A DNA stretch of 27,197 nt from Trichomonas gallinae. Taxonomy: Eukaryota. The notes under the pieces were generated by a model, which was given only the letters and a program-made list of their open reading frames with translations, was not told where the DNA came from and did no database searches. This document shows positions 1 to 11,461 of the stretch, piece by piece. Location of the stretch: assembly GCA_008369845.1 (NCBI GenBank), contig MRSU01003133.1:62001-89197 (forward strand). Reading direction: 5' to 3'. The position numbers were made by a program, and so were the translations under genes. Position 1 is the first letter of the stretch. Every line of letters starts with the position of its first letter.

Positions 1-1455
1 AATTCAGAGCAAGAAAAGAGTAGTTCGCAATCATATGAATCTGATGCAAATGTTAAAATTTCCGAAGAATTAAAAGAAGAAATTAATGATTCTCATGTCG
101 AAGAAACAACAACATCATATAATTTTGTTGAATTCAAAGAATTAACAAATAATGCTTCATCGCAACCGATTGTCACTGAAGAATCTGTTGTTGTTGATAA
201 TCCTCAACACCAGAGTCTTCCAAAAGTTGGTTTCAAGATAGAAGAAGCAGAAAATTCACTTCTCACAAAATCAGCAAATTCACCTACAAGAAAATCTTCA
301 TTTATCGGCAACAAGTATGTCAAAAACGATTATTCCGATGTCCCTCTCTTCACACAAGAGTCAGCTCTTGTCCCTGAAGTTTTTACTCTGCCATTCCTAA
401 TAAATGGATTTGGTGAGAAATCAAAATGGGCAGCTGAAGGCGAAATCTTCATGCTTTCGATGCGAACTGCTTTGGAATCTTTCCAGTTCACTACACAAGC
501 ACATAAATGGTTCAACGCTGCATTTCCTTCTCTTTTGACAGCTGATCATCCACAGAGACAAGAAGAGAAGCGTCAACCTATTTTAACGCCATCAAATCAC
601 TCTAATTTATTCACTGGACAAGTTATGCACGGATTTGTTTTCTCTACGAATTCAGCCAGAGAAATTATGGGCACAAAAGAAGTCTCAGAGCTCAAATTGC
701 CGGCAAGTTACACTGCGCACTCGTTGATAGACGCAAACCATTCATCAGGAAGAGTCGCGATTGCTTCTATGTACGGAAACACAATTGACGTTGTTTCGCT
801 TAGAAGGAATTCTAAAGAAACAGTAAACTTCACTGATGTATGTGGAGGAGCTTTGATAACATGCATAAACGTGTGCGGAAAAGATTATGTCATCGTTGGT
901 GCAACTGACTGCAGCATCAGCGTATTCAGTCAAAAACCACTACAACTGTTGCAGCAGACTTATTTCCACTCAAGACAAGTTTTATGTGTTTCTTCTTGCT
1001 CGTCCTCCAAGCTCATCATTTCGTGCGATGGAACAGGCAGAGTCGTGATAGAATCAGCAGCGAAGAAGAGTTTCTTGGCTTCTTTTAATGTACAAGGATT
1101 TTCGCCATTTTCCAAGGCCTTCATCTTCCAAAGTGGTTATTTCGCTGTCGTCAACGTTGAGCAAGATCAAAGACAAGTCTGTGTGAAGTCTGGCAATGTT
1201 TTCGCGCCCGAATCTCAAAGAAAGAAGTATGCAGATGGAATAATGACTTGCTGCAGGAAAGTTAAATGCGATGGCAGCAATAAAGTCGTCATCGGATTTG
1301 AGGCAGGAACAATCAAAGTTTACTCGGTTGAAAAACTATTGTTGATGCAGACAATCAGTTCTAAAGTCACGTCGCCAACTTTCTGCGTTGCAGGAAACAC
1401 AGGAAAAATTCTAATGGTTGAAAACGGAAGCTCAATTGTACAAATGGATGTTTGA
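1..1455 (+). CDS. 3' part of a Beige/BEACH-domain protein with C-terminal WD40-like repeats (5'-truncated by the window edge)
   Basis: Frame 1 is open from base 1 to TGA at 1453-1455, so the ORF-track start at 451 is internal. ALVPEVFTLPFL...KWAAEGEIFMLSMRTALES...AHKWFNAAF...HPQR resembles the BEACH C-terminal consensus ELIPEFF...PWA..EFI...R.ALES...LH.WIDLIF...HP.R. It is followed by beta-propeller-like repeats (VIVGATDCSISVFS; FHSRQVLCVSSC...LIISCDGTGRVVI; VVIGFEAGTIKVYS). Confidence 0.8.
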   Translation, partial: NSEQEKSSSQSYESDANVKISEELKEEINDSHVEETTTSYNFVEFKELTNNASSQPIVTEESVVVDNPQHQSLPKVGFKIEEAENSLLTKSANSPTRKSSFIGNKYVKNDYSDVPLFTQESALVPEVFTLPFLINGFGEKSKWAAEGEIFMLSMRTALESFQFTTQAHKWFNAAFPSLLTADHPQRQEEKRQPILTPSNHSNLFTGQVMHGFVFSTNSAREIMGTKEVSELKLPASYTAHSLIDANHSSGRVAIASMYGNTIDVVSLRRNSKETVNFTDVCGGALITCINVCGKDYVIVGATDCSISVFSQKPLQLLQQTYFHSRQVLCVSSCSSSKLIISCDGTGRVVIESAAKKSFLASFNVQGFSPFSKAFIFQSGYFAVVNVEQDQRQVCVKSGNVFAPESQRKKYADGIMTCCRKVKCDGSNKVVIGFEAGTIKVYSVEKLLLMQTISSKVTSPTFCVAGNTGKILMVENGSSIVQMDV

Positions 1456-1704
1456 ACAAATATTTTTTTATTGTTATATATTTTTTGTTAGTAAATTTAT
1501 ATTTTAGTCATTCATCTGATATTTGTCATAATCCATTAATCATCAATTCACTAAATATTTGCTATGTTGAAATCAGAGCAAAACTATGATGATTCAAATT
1601 CGATTAATTAGTTAATAAATAATTTGTAATTTGCAGTATCAGTTCGAATAAAAAAAATTATTCATGATTTTGAAAATATTTAATTCATACTTTTATTTGA
1701 TGAC

Positions 1705-3939
1705 TTAGTTGATAACTATTTCATCTGGGAATAGCCACTGTCCTTTATCTTCGTAAGAGTAAGCTGTGACTCTTATGTACCTGCCTGATGCTTTTCCGTT
1801 CCATTTCGCTCTGTGGAAGCCGTAGCCTGGAGTGTTGCTCCATTCATTATTTTCAGTGTAGATTGTGTCGTAATTCTCTTTATCGTCTGACACAGAGAAA
1901 ATAACAGTCCTAGGCCAGTAAATCATCACCGAGTCCATCCTGTAGAAGTCCAAGAAAACTTCGGAAATTGAAGTTGTTTCTCCCATGTCAACTTCAACAT
2001 CAAATGTTGGCTGATTTGGTTGGAAGAAGAAACCTTGCCACTTCCAATCATTGTAGAAGTAAGTTCCTCTCACTCCATCTGTGAGTGTTACTGCTCCTTG
2101 TGCTGGATATGTTGGATGCCAAGCTGTGTAATAATTCACTGCCTTTCCTATAGCTTTGTGTTGGATTTGTTCTCTTGATTCCATTCTTTCTCCGATGCCG
2201 AAATCGTATCTATATGGATGATATCCTTTCTTTTCAATCCATGGGAGAACTCTATCTATTCTTCCTTTGAAGCCTTCGAAGTCCTTCAGCTCATTCTTCG
2301 TCCAGCCACTTTCAGCGATAGCAAAAATTCTCGGGTAAAACATGTACTCGACTTGATCGGGAGAATAAACATGTTCAGTCCATAAGTTGCCTTGAACACC
2401 CATAATGTACTTATGGTACTGTGGATCGAGTTGAGCTGGTATTGGATTGTAATTGTAAATGACAGAAAGTGTCACATATCCACCTATTGCGTCAGGTTGT
2501 GAAATCGGATGATCCTGGAAATGATCCAAATAGCAGAACGCTGATGGAGACATAACAACGTAATGGCCTGATGTCGCTGCTGTTATTCCACCTTGTTCGC
2601 CTGTCCACGACATTACTGCCGCTCCTGGTGCTAAGCCGCCTTTGAGGATTTCATCCCAGCCAATCATTTTCCTGTTCTTAGATGTAATGAATTCGTCTAT
2701 TTTCTTGATGAAATAAGACTGCAATTGTTCTAACTGAGTGAATCCTTCCTGCTTCATCAGTGCTTGGCATTTAGGACATGTCGCCCACTCTGACATGACA
2801 GCTTCGTCTCCGCCAATGTGAATGTACTCAGAAGGGAAAAGGTCCATGATTTCAACTAAAATGTTTTCCATCAAAGTCAATGAATCTGGATTTCCAATGC
2901 AAAGATCTGGGTCTACGTATGGTTTTCCTGAGCATGAGTATTCTGGGTATGGAACTAACAGCTCGTTGTTGTGTCCTGGCATTTCTATTTCAGGAATTAT
3001 TGTAATGAATCTGTCTTGCGCGTATTTTATGATTTCTTTCATGTCTTCCTGTGTGTAATAACCTCCATAAGCGTTTGGATCGTCTTGGAGGCAGAATCTG
3101 TGGCCTGATTTCCACCAAATTCGCCAACGAGATTCATTTCTGAAAGCAGTTTGCCTTGTGAGCTCCGGATACTGTTTAATTTCAATTCTCCATCCACCAG
3201 CATCAACAAGATGGAAGTGCATCCTGTTAATCTTGAAGTAGCACATCAAATCTAATTGTTTCATCACGAATTCTTTGGAATAGAAATGTCTTGATACGTC
3301 GAAATGGAATCCTCTGTATTTAAATGCTGGAGCATCACTGATTTCAAGGCAAGGAAGTTCTCCTGAGACTGGATTTAAATCTCTAAGTTGTATTATTGTT
3401 TGCAAACCGTAAAACAGACCAGCAGCCTTTGGAGCACGAATAGTAATGCAATCTGTTGTGATAACAAGCTTGTATCCTTCTTCGTCAATTTCTAGATTCT
3501 CATCAATAAGCAAATTGATGCCACTCTTATCGATAAACTTGTAGTATGGGAGTAGTTTGAACTCATTGCTCATGTATCGAAGGAATAATTCCTTTTCTTC
3601 TGTAGAACAATTCGTGAAAAACATCAAATCATCATGGAATAGGAAAACACCATCATGGATTGTTAACTCATTAGGATATGGAACTAGATTTATTTGTTGT
3701 CTTGGTAAATTTCCCTTTTTATTCGGATCCGAAAACTGATTATTTTGTATTGGACATGGTAAATGTCCAGATCCTGTATGTTCATGAGAATGATGATTCA
3801 AATCCGGCAATATTTTGACTCCATCGCTATCTAAACATGTTCCTGTTTGAATATCAAACGTTTTGCACTCAGTAGATGCTGCATTTACATGGCTATGGTC
3901 TAAATGTGAAGCGTGTGAAAGCAAAAACAATGAAATCAT
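1705..3939 (-). CDS. Beta-N-acetylhexosaminidase (GH20) with signal peptide and C-terminal F5/8-type-C/discoidin-like domain
   Basis: Motifs DAPAFKYRGFHFDVSRHF, HFHLVDAGGWRIEIK, IIPEIEMPGH, catalytic HIGGDEA, MIGWDEI, YLD, GVQGNLWTE and YMFYPR. The C-terminal LTDGVRG...WQGF...VDMG...RYIRV...WLFPDEIVIN is typical of Bacteroidetes GH20s. Inr TCATTTTTT at 3952-3960 (-). Confidence 0.95.
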   Translation of the reverse strand: MISLFLLSHASHLDHSHVNAASTECKTFDIQTGTCLDSDGVKILPDLNHHSHEHTGSGHLPCPIQNNQFSDPNKKGNLPRQQINLVPYPNELTIHDGVFLFHDDLMFFTNCSTEEKELFLRYMSNEFKLLPYYKFIDKSGINLLIDENLEIDEEGYKLVITTDCITIRAPKAAGLFYGLQTIIQLRDLNPVSGELPCLEISDAPAFKYRGFHFDVSRHFYSKEFVMKQLDLMCYFKINRMHFHLVDAGGWRIEIKQYPELTRQTAFRNESRWRIWWKSGHRFCLQDDPNAYGGYYTQEDMKEIIKYAQDRFITIIPEIEMPGHNNELLVPYPEYSCSGKPYVDPDLCIGNPDSLTLMENILVEIMDLFPSEYIHIGGDEAVMSEWATCPKCQALMKQEGFTQLEQLQSYFIKKIDEFITSKNRKMIGWDEILKGGLAPGAAVMSWTGEQGGITAATSGHYVVMSPSAFCYLDHFQDHPISQPDAIGGYVTLSVIYNYNPIPAQLDPQYHKYIMGVQGNLWTEHVYSPDQVEYMFYPRIFAIAESGWTKNELKDFEGFKGRIDRVLPWIEKKGYHPYRYDFGIGERMESREQIQHKAIGKAVNYYTAWHPTYPAQGAVTLTDGVRGTYFYNDWKWQGFFFQPNQPTFDVEVDMGETTSISEVFLDFYRMDSVMIYWPRTVIFSVSDDKENYDTIYTENNEWSNTPGYGFHRAKWNGKASGRYIRVTAYSYEDKGQWLFPDEIVIN

Positions 3940-5367
3940 TGATAAAGAAGCAAAAAATGAAAATGTTTTGTTTTTTCTATAGTTTTCAGGTCACTTTTGA
4001 TTGATATCTCCATTATTATCATTATTAGACCTTATCTAGACATTACCATTTTGATTAAACTTATTTTTTTCTAGGTGATAGTTTTAACCTTATTTATTCG
4101 GGCAAATGTTATATTTGCAAAGTATTCCATTATTGAACTTAATATCATAGGAATCTGTTACATGTAAACAACTTTAGGAGATGCGTGATTGGATAATTGT
4201 CTCAATTCTTATATTAGATTTTAAACATAAGTTTCTCTATGAAGATTCATTGACTTTTCATAAAAGCAGATAATTTCGGTTTGTATTAAGCATTTCATGG
4301 ATTTGGCGATAAAAAATCATATAAGTAATTTTGTCGGATAGTATTGCATTATCAAGCAAAACATTTGGTTGAAAAAGAATCTGACAACTTTACATCTTCA
4401 GAATTACTGAATAATAAAATAGGGTCCAACAAAAATAAAAAGGGTACTTCACCATTCTTTATAAAGGTCAACATAAGAGATGTCAAAATGTCATTCTTCT
4501 ACTAACAAACAGCATTGAAACATAAAGAGTGAAGCATGAAGAACAAAGATTGTTAATAATTCATATTCATGCGAAAATATGGATAATAGACATATTAAGC
4601 AAAATAATAATCTGCATTTAACCATTTGTAAATGTTTCAATACTCACAGAACTCAACACGTTATTTTTAATTTCTGTCAAATAATAAATTTGATTTTGAG
4701 AAAAATTATATCAGTCATTATTTTTATTTGCTTGCATTCTATTCAAATCTCATTTTTGCAAGCCTATAATCGATATTTTATTAGATCAAATGCAAAAACT
4801 TAAAACCATCAGCCATCAAACTGTTATGAAATAGATCTTAGGAAGTATGAATTAATGCACATGAAAAAATAAGAGAACGGCCATAATTTTTTTTATCAAA
4901 TCAATGATCGATAAAAATTATGTCCTGATAATGATTAGATGACTGTTCCCATTGCAGTGGAATATAATAACGACAAGAGTTGAATTGAAACAAATTCAAC
5001 AATTTCCAGAAATGATATTAATGATGATTTCTAGTTATGTCATGGATGTGCGCAGTTTGCTGTGTTGTTTCTATCCTCCATTTTTCTAGACCACGAATAT
5101 TTGTTATCAAAAAATTAACCTTCTACGGAAAAAAGAAGACATATATCTATATCATAGTAAAAAATTGAGTCAAAAATCGAAGTAATTTTCAATACTTTAC
5201 ACTTCTAATGATTTCAATATACACATTGAATTTATTTGATCATAAATCAATCCGAATTTCCCTCATATTCTTCATTTATATATTAACTACATTAAATCTT
5301 TAATATAATTTTCGATCGGTAGATTCTCTTTACAATTTTTAATATTTTCATTGGCACTTTTTTAATA

Positions 5368-6348
5368 ATGCACGTATCATCACTGATCGAGAATTATCAG
5401 CTCAATGGAATTGCACACACATTCAAGCACGTAGTGGTATACAATGCCATTGGAAAATCGATGAATAGAATGTACAACATTGCAAAAATCGAGAAAACAG
5501 GAAACAAAAATCCGTTTTCTTCGCTTTTGACAATTAAAAGCGAATACCTGGTGAGCTGTGTCGATGTTTTCGAGGATGCAGCTTCGTATTATGCTGCTTT
5601 CGAGCTTCCTCTTGGAAATCCAATCAGTGACATAATTAAAGTTGGAACGAGAATCAAAGAGGACAGAATCGCTTATATACTTAACCAAATAATTCAGGCT
5701 GTGAAATACATCCATAAATCTGGCTTAGGCTACATTCGAATTTCACCTTCCACAATCTTCATTACTGCAAGCGATAACATAATGATTGCAGACTACTCAT
5801 TCATTGGCAACATCACACCAAGTGGAAGAATTACATCTCGCCCTGAGATTTTCGAAAATACGCCGCCTGAATTCTTCAAAAGTGGATGTTTCGTTGCTTC
5901 ACAGGCGGATGTGTGGAGTATTGGAATTTTTGCATACAATTTGCTCACTGGTTGTCATCCATTTAAGAATAACACGCAATCATTTAATCAATCTGAATAT
6001 GTTATCCAAGAATCAATAATGAAGCCGATTACCATTCCTAACCATATCAGCACATCCGCGCATAATTTCTTACAAAGGACCCTAGAAATTGAGCCAACGA
6101 GAAGATACTCCGTTGATCAGTGTTTAAGCCACCTTTGGATTGCGAAACAGGCCAAGAAGATAATTAAAGTTAGTCAATTCAACAGCTTCAACTCTCTTCA
6201 ATTTGAAGAAATGAACATTCTTAAATCAAACGGTTTATCAACACTTTCATCGAACAAGAACTCTCCATTGAGGTTTTCTAATAGTACAAGTCTTTCCAAT
6301 CTTCAAGTTTACTCAAGTTTCAGAGCTCCATCTGAATTTGAGTTCTAG
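5368..6348 (+). CDS. CAMK-like protein kinase-fold protein, probably a catalytically dead pseudokinase
   Basis: C-lobe motifs are retained (QIIQAVKYIH, TPPE, ADVWSIGIFAYNLLTGCHPF, P.RR.SVDQCLSHLW). There is no GxGxxG, HRDxKxxN is replaced by YIRISPST, and DFG by DYS. Inr-like TCATT at 5348-5352. Confidence 0.85.
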   Translation: MHVSSLIENYQLNGIAHTFKHVVVYNAIGKSMNRMYNIAKIEKTGNKNPFSSLLTIKSEYLVSCVDVFEDAASYYAAFELPLGNPISDIIKVGTRIKEDRIAYILNQIIQAVKYIHKSGLGYIRISPSTIFITASDNIMIADYSFIGNITPSGRITSRPEIFENTPPEFFKSGCFVASQADVWSIGIFAYNLLTGCHPFKNNTQSFNQSEYVIQESIMKPITIPNHISTSAHNFLQRTLEIEPTRRYSVDQCLSHLWIAKQAKKIIKVSQFNSFNSLQFEEMNILKSNGLSTLSSNKNSPLRFSNSTSLSNLQVYSSFRAPSEFEF

Positions 6349-6778
6349 AACTATGCGATGTGTATTTTTATGTATAGTTTAGTGTATGAGGGAATTTTAG
6401 TTATTTCTCATATGCGTAAATCTTTTTATTTTGCGAGAATACAAAAAAACTCATTTTTTAATCATATTGCCATTAATATGTTCCATATTATGGCCCAAAT
6501 ACTGTATATAATATATAAGAAAGTCAAAACTGATATGAATTTTCAAATTGAAAAAATATCACGAAATATTATATAATTTGGCTTTCATGATTCATGAAAT
6601 AAGCTATATTAATTGTAAAAATTATGTATATTGTAGATAAATTGCATCAATTTAAGGTATGAAAGAGTCGAATTAAATTTTTGACGTGCAATGTAAAATT
6701 TTGGTTTAAAATCCGTATGAACGCTCTAAATTATAGTAAGAAGGATCTTTATTTGTGAGATGACTTCATTTTTTACAG

Positions 6779-7177
6779 ATGAGTGAAAGAAGAATTTTCG
6801 TTACACAGCAGGCAATTGACAGGAAGCCAAATTTCACGTCTACTAATGGATATATGAAGCGAATTAAGAGTCAACTACATGAATTGTCGGTTCCCGAAAT
6901 TCCAATCGAGTTGCAAGATACAATAAAGTCAAAAATACAGCTACGTATTTCATCGAGAATCAAGAGAGCAGTTCATAATCAGCCAAAAGAGCCTAGTGTT
7001 GTTGAAGGAAAAATTACAGAATTTCAAGATTCTTATACAATTCGTGCTTTCAAGGACTTTTTGGAAGAGAGAGGCCACTACGATATTTCAGTATTTTGTA
7101 ACGTTCCTTCTCTTCAAGAAAAACCAAAATCTCTCGAAGAAACTACTTGTATCACTCCAAAGCACATGCTCGCTTAA
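6779..7177 (+). CDS. Hypothetical protein (132 aa)
   Basis: ATG-initiated ORF with coding-like composition. Inr TCATTTTTT at 6766-6774 directly upstream. No recognisable domain. Confidence 0.8.
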   Translation: MSERRIFVTQQAIDRKPNFTSTNGYMKRIKSQLHELSVPEIPIELQDTIKSKIQLRISSRIKRAVHNQPKEPSVVEGKITEFQDSYTIRAFKDFLEERGHYDISVFCNVPSLQEKPKSLEETTCITPKHMLA

Positions 7178-9816
7178 TTCATTACCATTATTTGCAATCT
7201 AGATATTTGATTTCAAATTTCAAATTCTAGAATTTATCATATTTTTGCATCACAAATTATGTTTTTCTCCCAGAAATTCCATTGATTCTCACTTTGCTGG
7301 TCCAATGATATATATGATTCAATTATCTGCTCATTTCTTCAATTAATCATTTCTTATGATATTAGATATTTCAGAATCGAATTGATATTTTGTATAAATG
7401 TATTCATGATATGCATTATTTCGAAATGCCATATTGATTAATTCAATATATATTTTTCAAAAAAATAAAATGAAGAATACAGCTTGACTTCAGTCCTAGT
7501 GTTATTGATTATCGTTTTTCTTCTTCGTTTGCAATAGAGAAATTTAGAAATCTCGAAAAAAAATTATGTTCCATATTAATTTCTCTTCGAGAACAAACTA
7601 GTCAATTCTAATACAAACTATTATCGAAAACTATATCCTTCTGTACTTCGGGTTATTTATTTCGACTGAATAAATATATTTTGATTAAAATATAAAAGAT
7701 ACTACCGATTTCTGAATGCAAATATACTGTAATAGTAATTTCTAATGTATTCTAATACATGAATATACAAATCACCTTTCAATTTCGAAAATGATTTTCA
7801 TCACTTTTGCAAAAGAATCGCAACATTTGTTAAGGGGATCATTTATAGATAGATAAACGCAAATATTGTAGAACGTACCAGTTTTTAAGATCTTAATTCA
7901 AAAATAGACAAAAGAAAATTGAATCTGATTTTTGAATTTATTGAACCCTATCAAAAGTAGACATATTCATAACTTTGCCAGTATTCATATATGTAGAAAT
8001 GCTGCATGATTGTTTAGCAGCAAATGACAGCAAAAGATTATATATATGTATTATCCATCAGGCAGAAAGTCGAGAATCAAATCCCTTAATGAATTTGATC
8101 ATCGATAATTGGCAGCCAACTATAATTTCTTCGAGTCTTAATACGATGGATATCATTTCTTAACCGTATGAGAATTAATCTGTCAGTAGAGAAATCTATA
8201 ATATCGCTGAAAAAAAGACAAATCAAATTCAGATTAATGTGATTAAAGCCTGAAAACGCAATGTATTGAAGTTATTCTAATATATAACCCTATAGAAAGT
8301 GTCGCTTGGGTATTTCGTTCGCATATAAAGAATTGAATGAGACAGGAAAATCATTATATTCGAAAAATAAAATATTATAATTATCATTAATAGGAAGTGA
8401 TAATGTTTAATTTTTATCTAATGTTATCAAAAATAAATTGAATTGTTATCAATTTAAATCATGACGTATATAGAATGGAAACATGATATAAAGCAATTCA
8501 TTCCAGTAAATAAACTTTATGATATCATTCAAATTCTCTAAATTTTTGACGTTTTGTGAAGGTTCTCAGAATTAAATTTGTTAAATCCTTTAAAAATTTA
8601 TACTTAAAACTGTCCTATATGGTTGGCTAATATTGAATGCCCGTAATAAAGTCACTTTTGAAATTATATAGTAAATTCAATTTTTTGCTTCATAAAAAGG
8701 CTTTCTTTTTCAAAAAATAACTGACTTTTGGGAAATTTGATGATCAAATTCATATATTAACCCTACTGAGCATCAATTGCTTTCATTTCCTCATTAGAAA
8801 ATCAATCTATACAAAAATCAAATATTAATTGTTTTCCTGCAAATTCAACAACGAAAATACAATTTATACCAAAGACATTACTTAATTATTAGATCTGATC
8901 ACCTAATTAAGTAATATTTATCAAAACAACAGCAACAAAACAATTTTAAGGAGATTATCAAGGATGCATACATATTTTAAGTATGGATTTTCATTTCCGA
9001 GTATTTTTATTATTTTATACAAAATATTGAAAACTACGCAATATTAAGTCAATATTGTCAAATCATCATGTTACAGGTTAATTTATCACACAATTTCCTA
9101 GAGCAAAACTTCATTTTATATAATTGAAAAAAATCTCGGGCTTAATTATTTTAATATAGGTTTATATATCCTATTGAAGTAGTTCTTATTAATACAAACA
9201 GCTTTAATTCAAAAATGAAGAATTATATTTTTTCAAAAGATTTTTAGAAATTTAATTAATTTTAGGATAGTTCCTGCAAACTATTGCATCATATGATATA
9301 ATTCACTTAATCCAATGCACCTTTTGCCATCAAATAATTTTTGAAAATTTTACAGGCGCTATTAATGGGATTATTTCATTGGATGATTACATTATACAGA
9401 TATGTGGATTCGATTTGGTGGATCCACTGCTGAGTTTAAACCATTTAATCAAAATTTTGAAAGATATATTTTCATTTTCAATCATCAATAAATAATGGAG
9501 ACAATATCACTAATGTGTCTCATTATTTCAATCAAAAGCATTTTCAATGTTTATGTTTTCAATTTTTTGCTACTCAACTTTAACAATTAAACAATTCATT
9601 TCCATCATGTTTAAATTATAGAAATGCAACTAATTGTGTTTCTTCTTAAAGATAAATCTTATTTGAGGCACAAAATATTAAATTCATGGGCGCATAACTT
9701 GAAAAATACAAATATATAACAAAAACAATATAACCATTAATTTATTTTCAAACATAAAAATTTTCTTGCAAACGTTCTCATAAGAACATAAGTCAATTAG
9801 CTATCGATAACAAGTA

Positions 9817-10260
9817 TCAATGTGTATTGAGTAAATAGCTAATATCTGTGGGATCGAAATGTGGTTTTGGCTCTTCTATCTCTTCGCTTGCTGTTGCATG
9901 AGCAGAGAAATCTTGACTTGGATAGCCCTGGTTTGTAATATACGACAAGAAGTCTGTGTCTTTGAGATTTGCATAAATAGAATCCCAATTCTCTGCATAC
10001 CAACAGAGAAGCGCTGAGCGGTTTCTTTTAGCTAATCTATCTAGTTTAAGATCTAATTTACCTATAAATATCTTAGCTAAGCTAAGGAGAATAACTGATG
10101 TTACGTGTGTACCAAAATATCTATCAATGTAGTTAGATACAAATTCAATTTTTGACCCGCTGGCTTTAATACGGTGTTGGATCTTTTCAAAGTCTCTTAA
10201 TGACTGAGATGATCTCTTCCCTGATCTTCCGAACTTAGATCTCTGAGAAATAGGAGGCAT
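9817..10260 (-). CDS. Hypothetical protein of a parabasalid-type small helical family (LDRLAKRNR.ALLCWY.ENW motif)
   Basis: 147-aa ORF. Inr TCATTTT at 10273-10279 (-). Basic N-terminus, a helical core motif I recall from trichomonad hypothetical proteins, and a C-terminal DISYLLN. Confidence 0.85.
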   Translation of the reverse strand: MPPISQRSKFGRSGKRSSQSLRDFEKIQHRIKASGSKIEFVSNYIDRYFGTHVTSVILLSLAKIFIGKLDLKLDRLAKRNRSALLCWYAENWDSIYANLKDTDFLSYITNQGYPSQDFSAHATASEEIEEPKPHFDPTDISYLLNTH

Positions 10261-11461
10261 TGAAACTCAAACAAAATGAAGAATAAAACCTTCGCTCAGA
10301 AATTAAATAGCTGTAAAGCGCGATCAGTTTTGTTGTCGAATACATTAATATTGTTGATTTAATTTTTATGATTATTTACGACGATTATTTTGGGCTCAAA
10401 TTCTTGGACCTCCTTTCAAACTATTCAGATTTAACCTCACAAAATTAGAATGAACGTTAGATAACAAAACATGAATATTACGCATCAATGGTTACATTAA
10501 CATGAAAAACACCCAGTTCCAAAATATAACTTCAAAATTTTGTAAATGTATCACAAAGTTTTAAATTTATTTATTTAAGACCAATTCTTTTTCAGTCTGT
10601 GTAGATAATACGTTGTCTTTTTTTCAGAAGTTATGAAATTTTTTCTTTGTTTGAATGGAAATATGTAACATATGAAAATTTTACAATTATTAGGGGATAT
10701 GTTCAATAATAATTTATTCCTGCGAATAAAAACTTCGATCGACACCAAACCTGTTAAAATTAAAGGTAATAATATGATAATAAAAGCAAAAATTGTATCT
10801 ATGGCTTATAAAAATCAATTTACTGCGAGAATTATTTCATTATCGGCAATTTTTTGATTACAAAATTATCAAAAATGCCCAAAATGAACAAAAAACCTTG
10901 CTCAATACTTTTTTAGCGCAATTTTCATTTTGTTCTTACACTCGATAATTATAATAGCATCCAATTTGGATGAATGAAAACGAATTGAACGGAATCGATT
11001 ATTGATTTGTTTTTTGTCTATCCTATAATGTGAGCCGTAATTTCTGTTATTTAAATCGAACAATGACTCAGAATAATTTATTTCAAAGAAAATTATCCTT
11101 TATCTATTATTTTTCTCACTTGTACTACATCACAAAACCTAAATTATATGATTATCTTAATCACAATGACTGAATAACGAAAGATAAATTACAAAATAAA
11201 ATTCTTACTTTCTCAAATGAGTTCATATTAATGAAATCAATCACTTACCTTAGTGCACTCAATATTCAAAAAAACATGACCTAAATATTTAGAAACAACA
11301 TTTTCTGAAGATATAATTAAATGCAAAGTAACATCAAAGATATATAGGAGTCACTGAGATTTCATACGATGTCTCCTATCAGCCGATCACGTAACCAAAT
11401 AACTACTGATAATCTGACACGCTTAGAAAATTTTTGTCACTTTTTCATTTCATTTTGATTT

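Noticed and set aside
6583..11379. Small palindromes and hairpins (TTTCATGA-T-TCATGAAA 6583-6599; GAGACA...TGTCTC near 9493-9526; ATAGGAGTCA...TGTCTCCTAT near 11344-11379)
   Set aside because: Stems of 8-11 bp are plausible by chance in AT-rich DNA; no TSDs and no consistent spacing.
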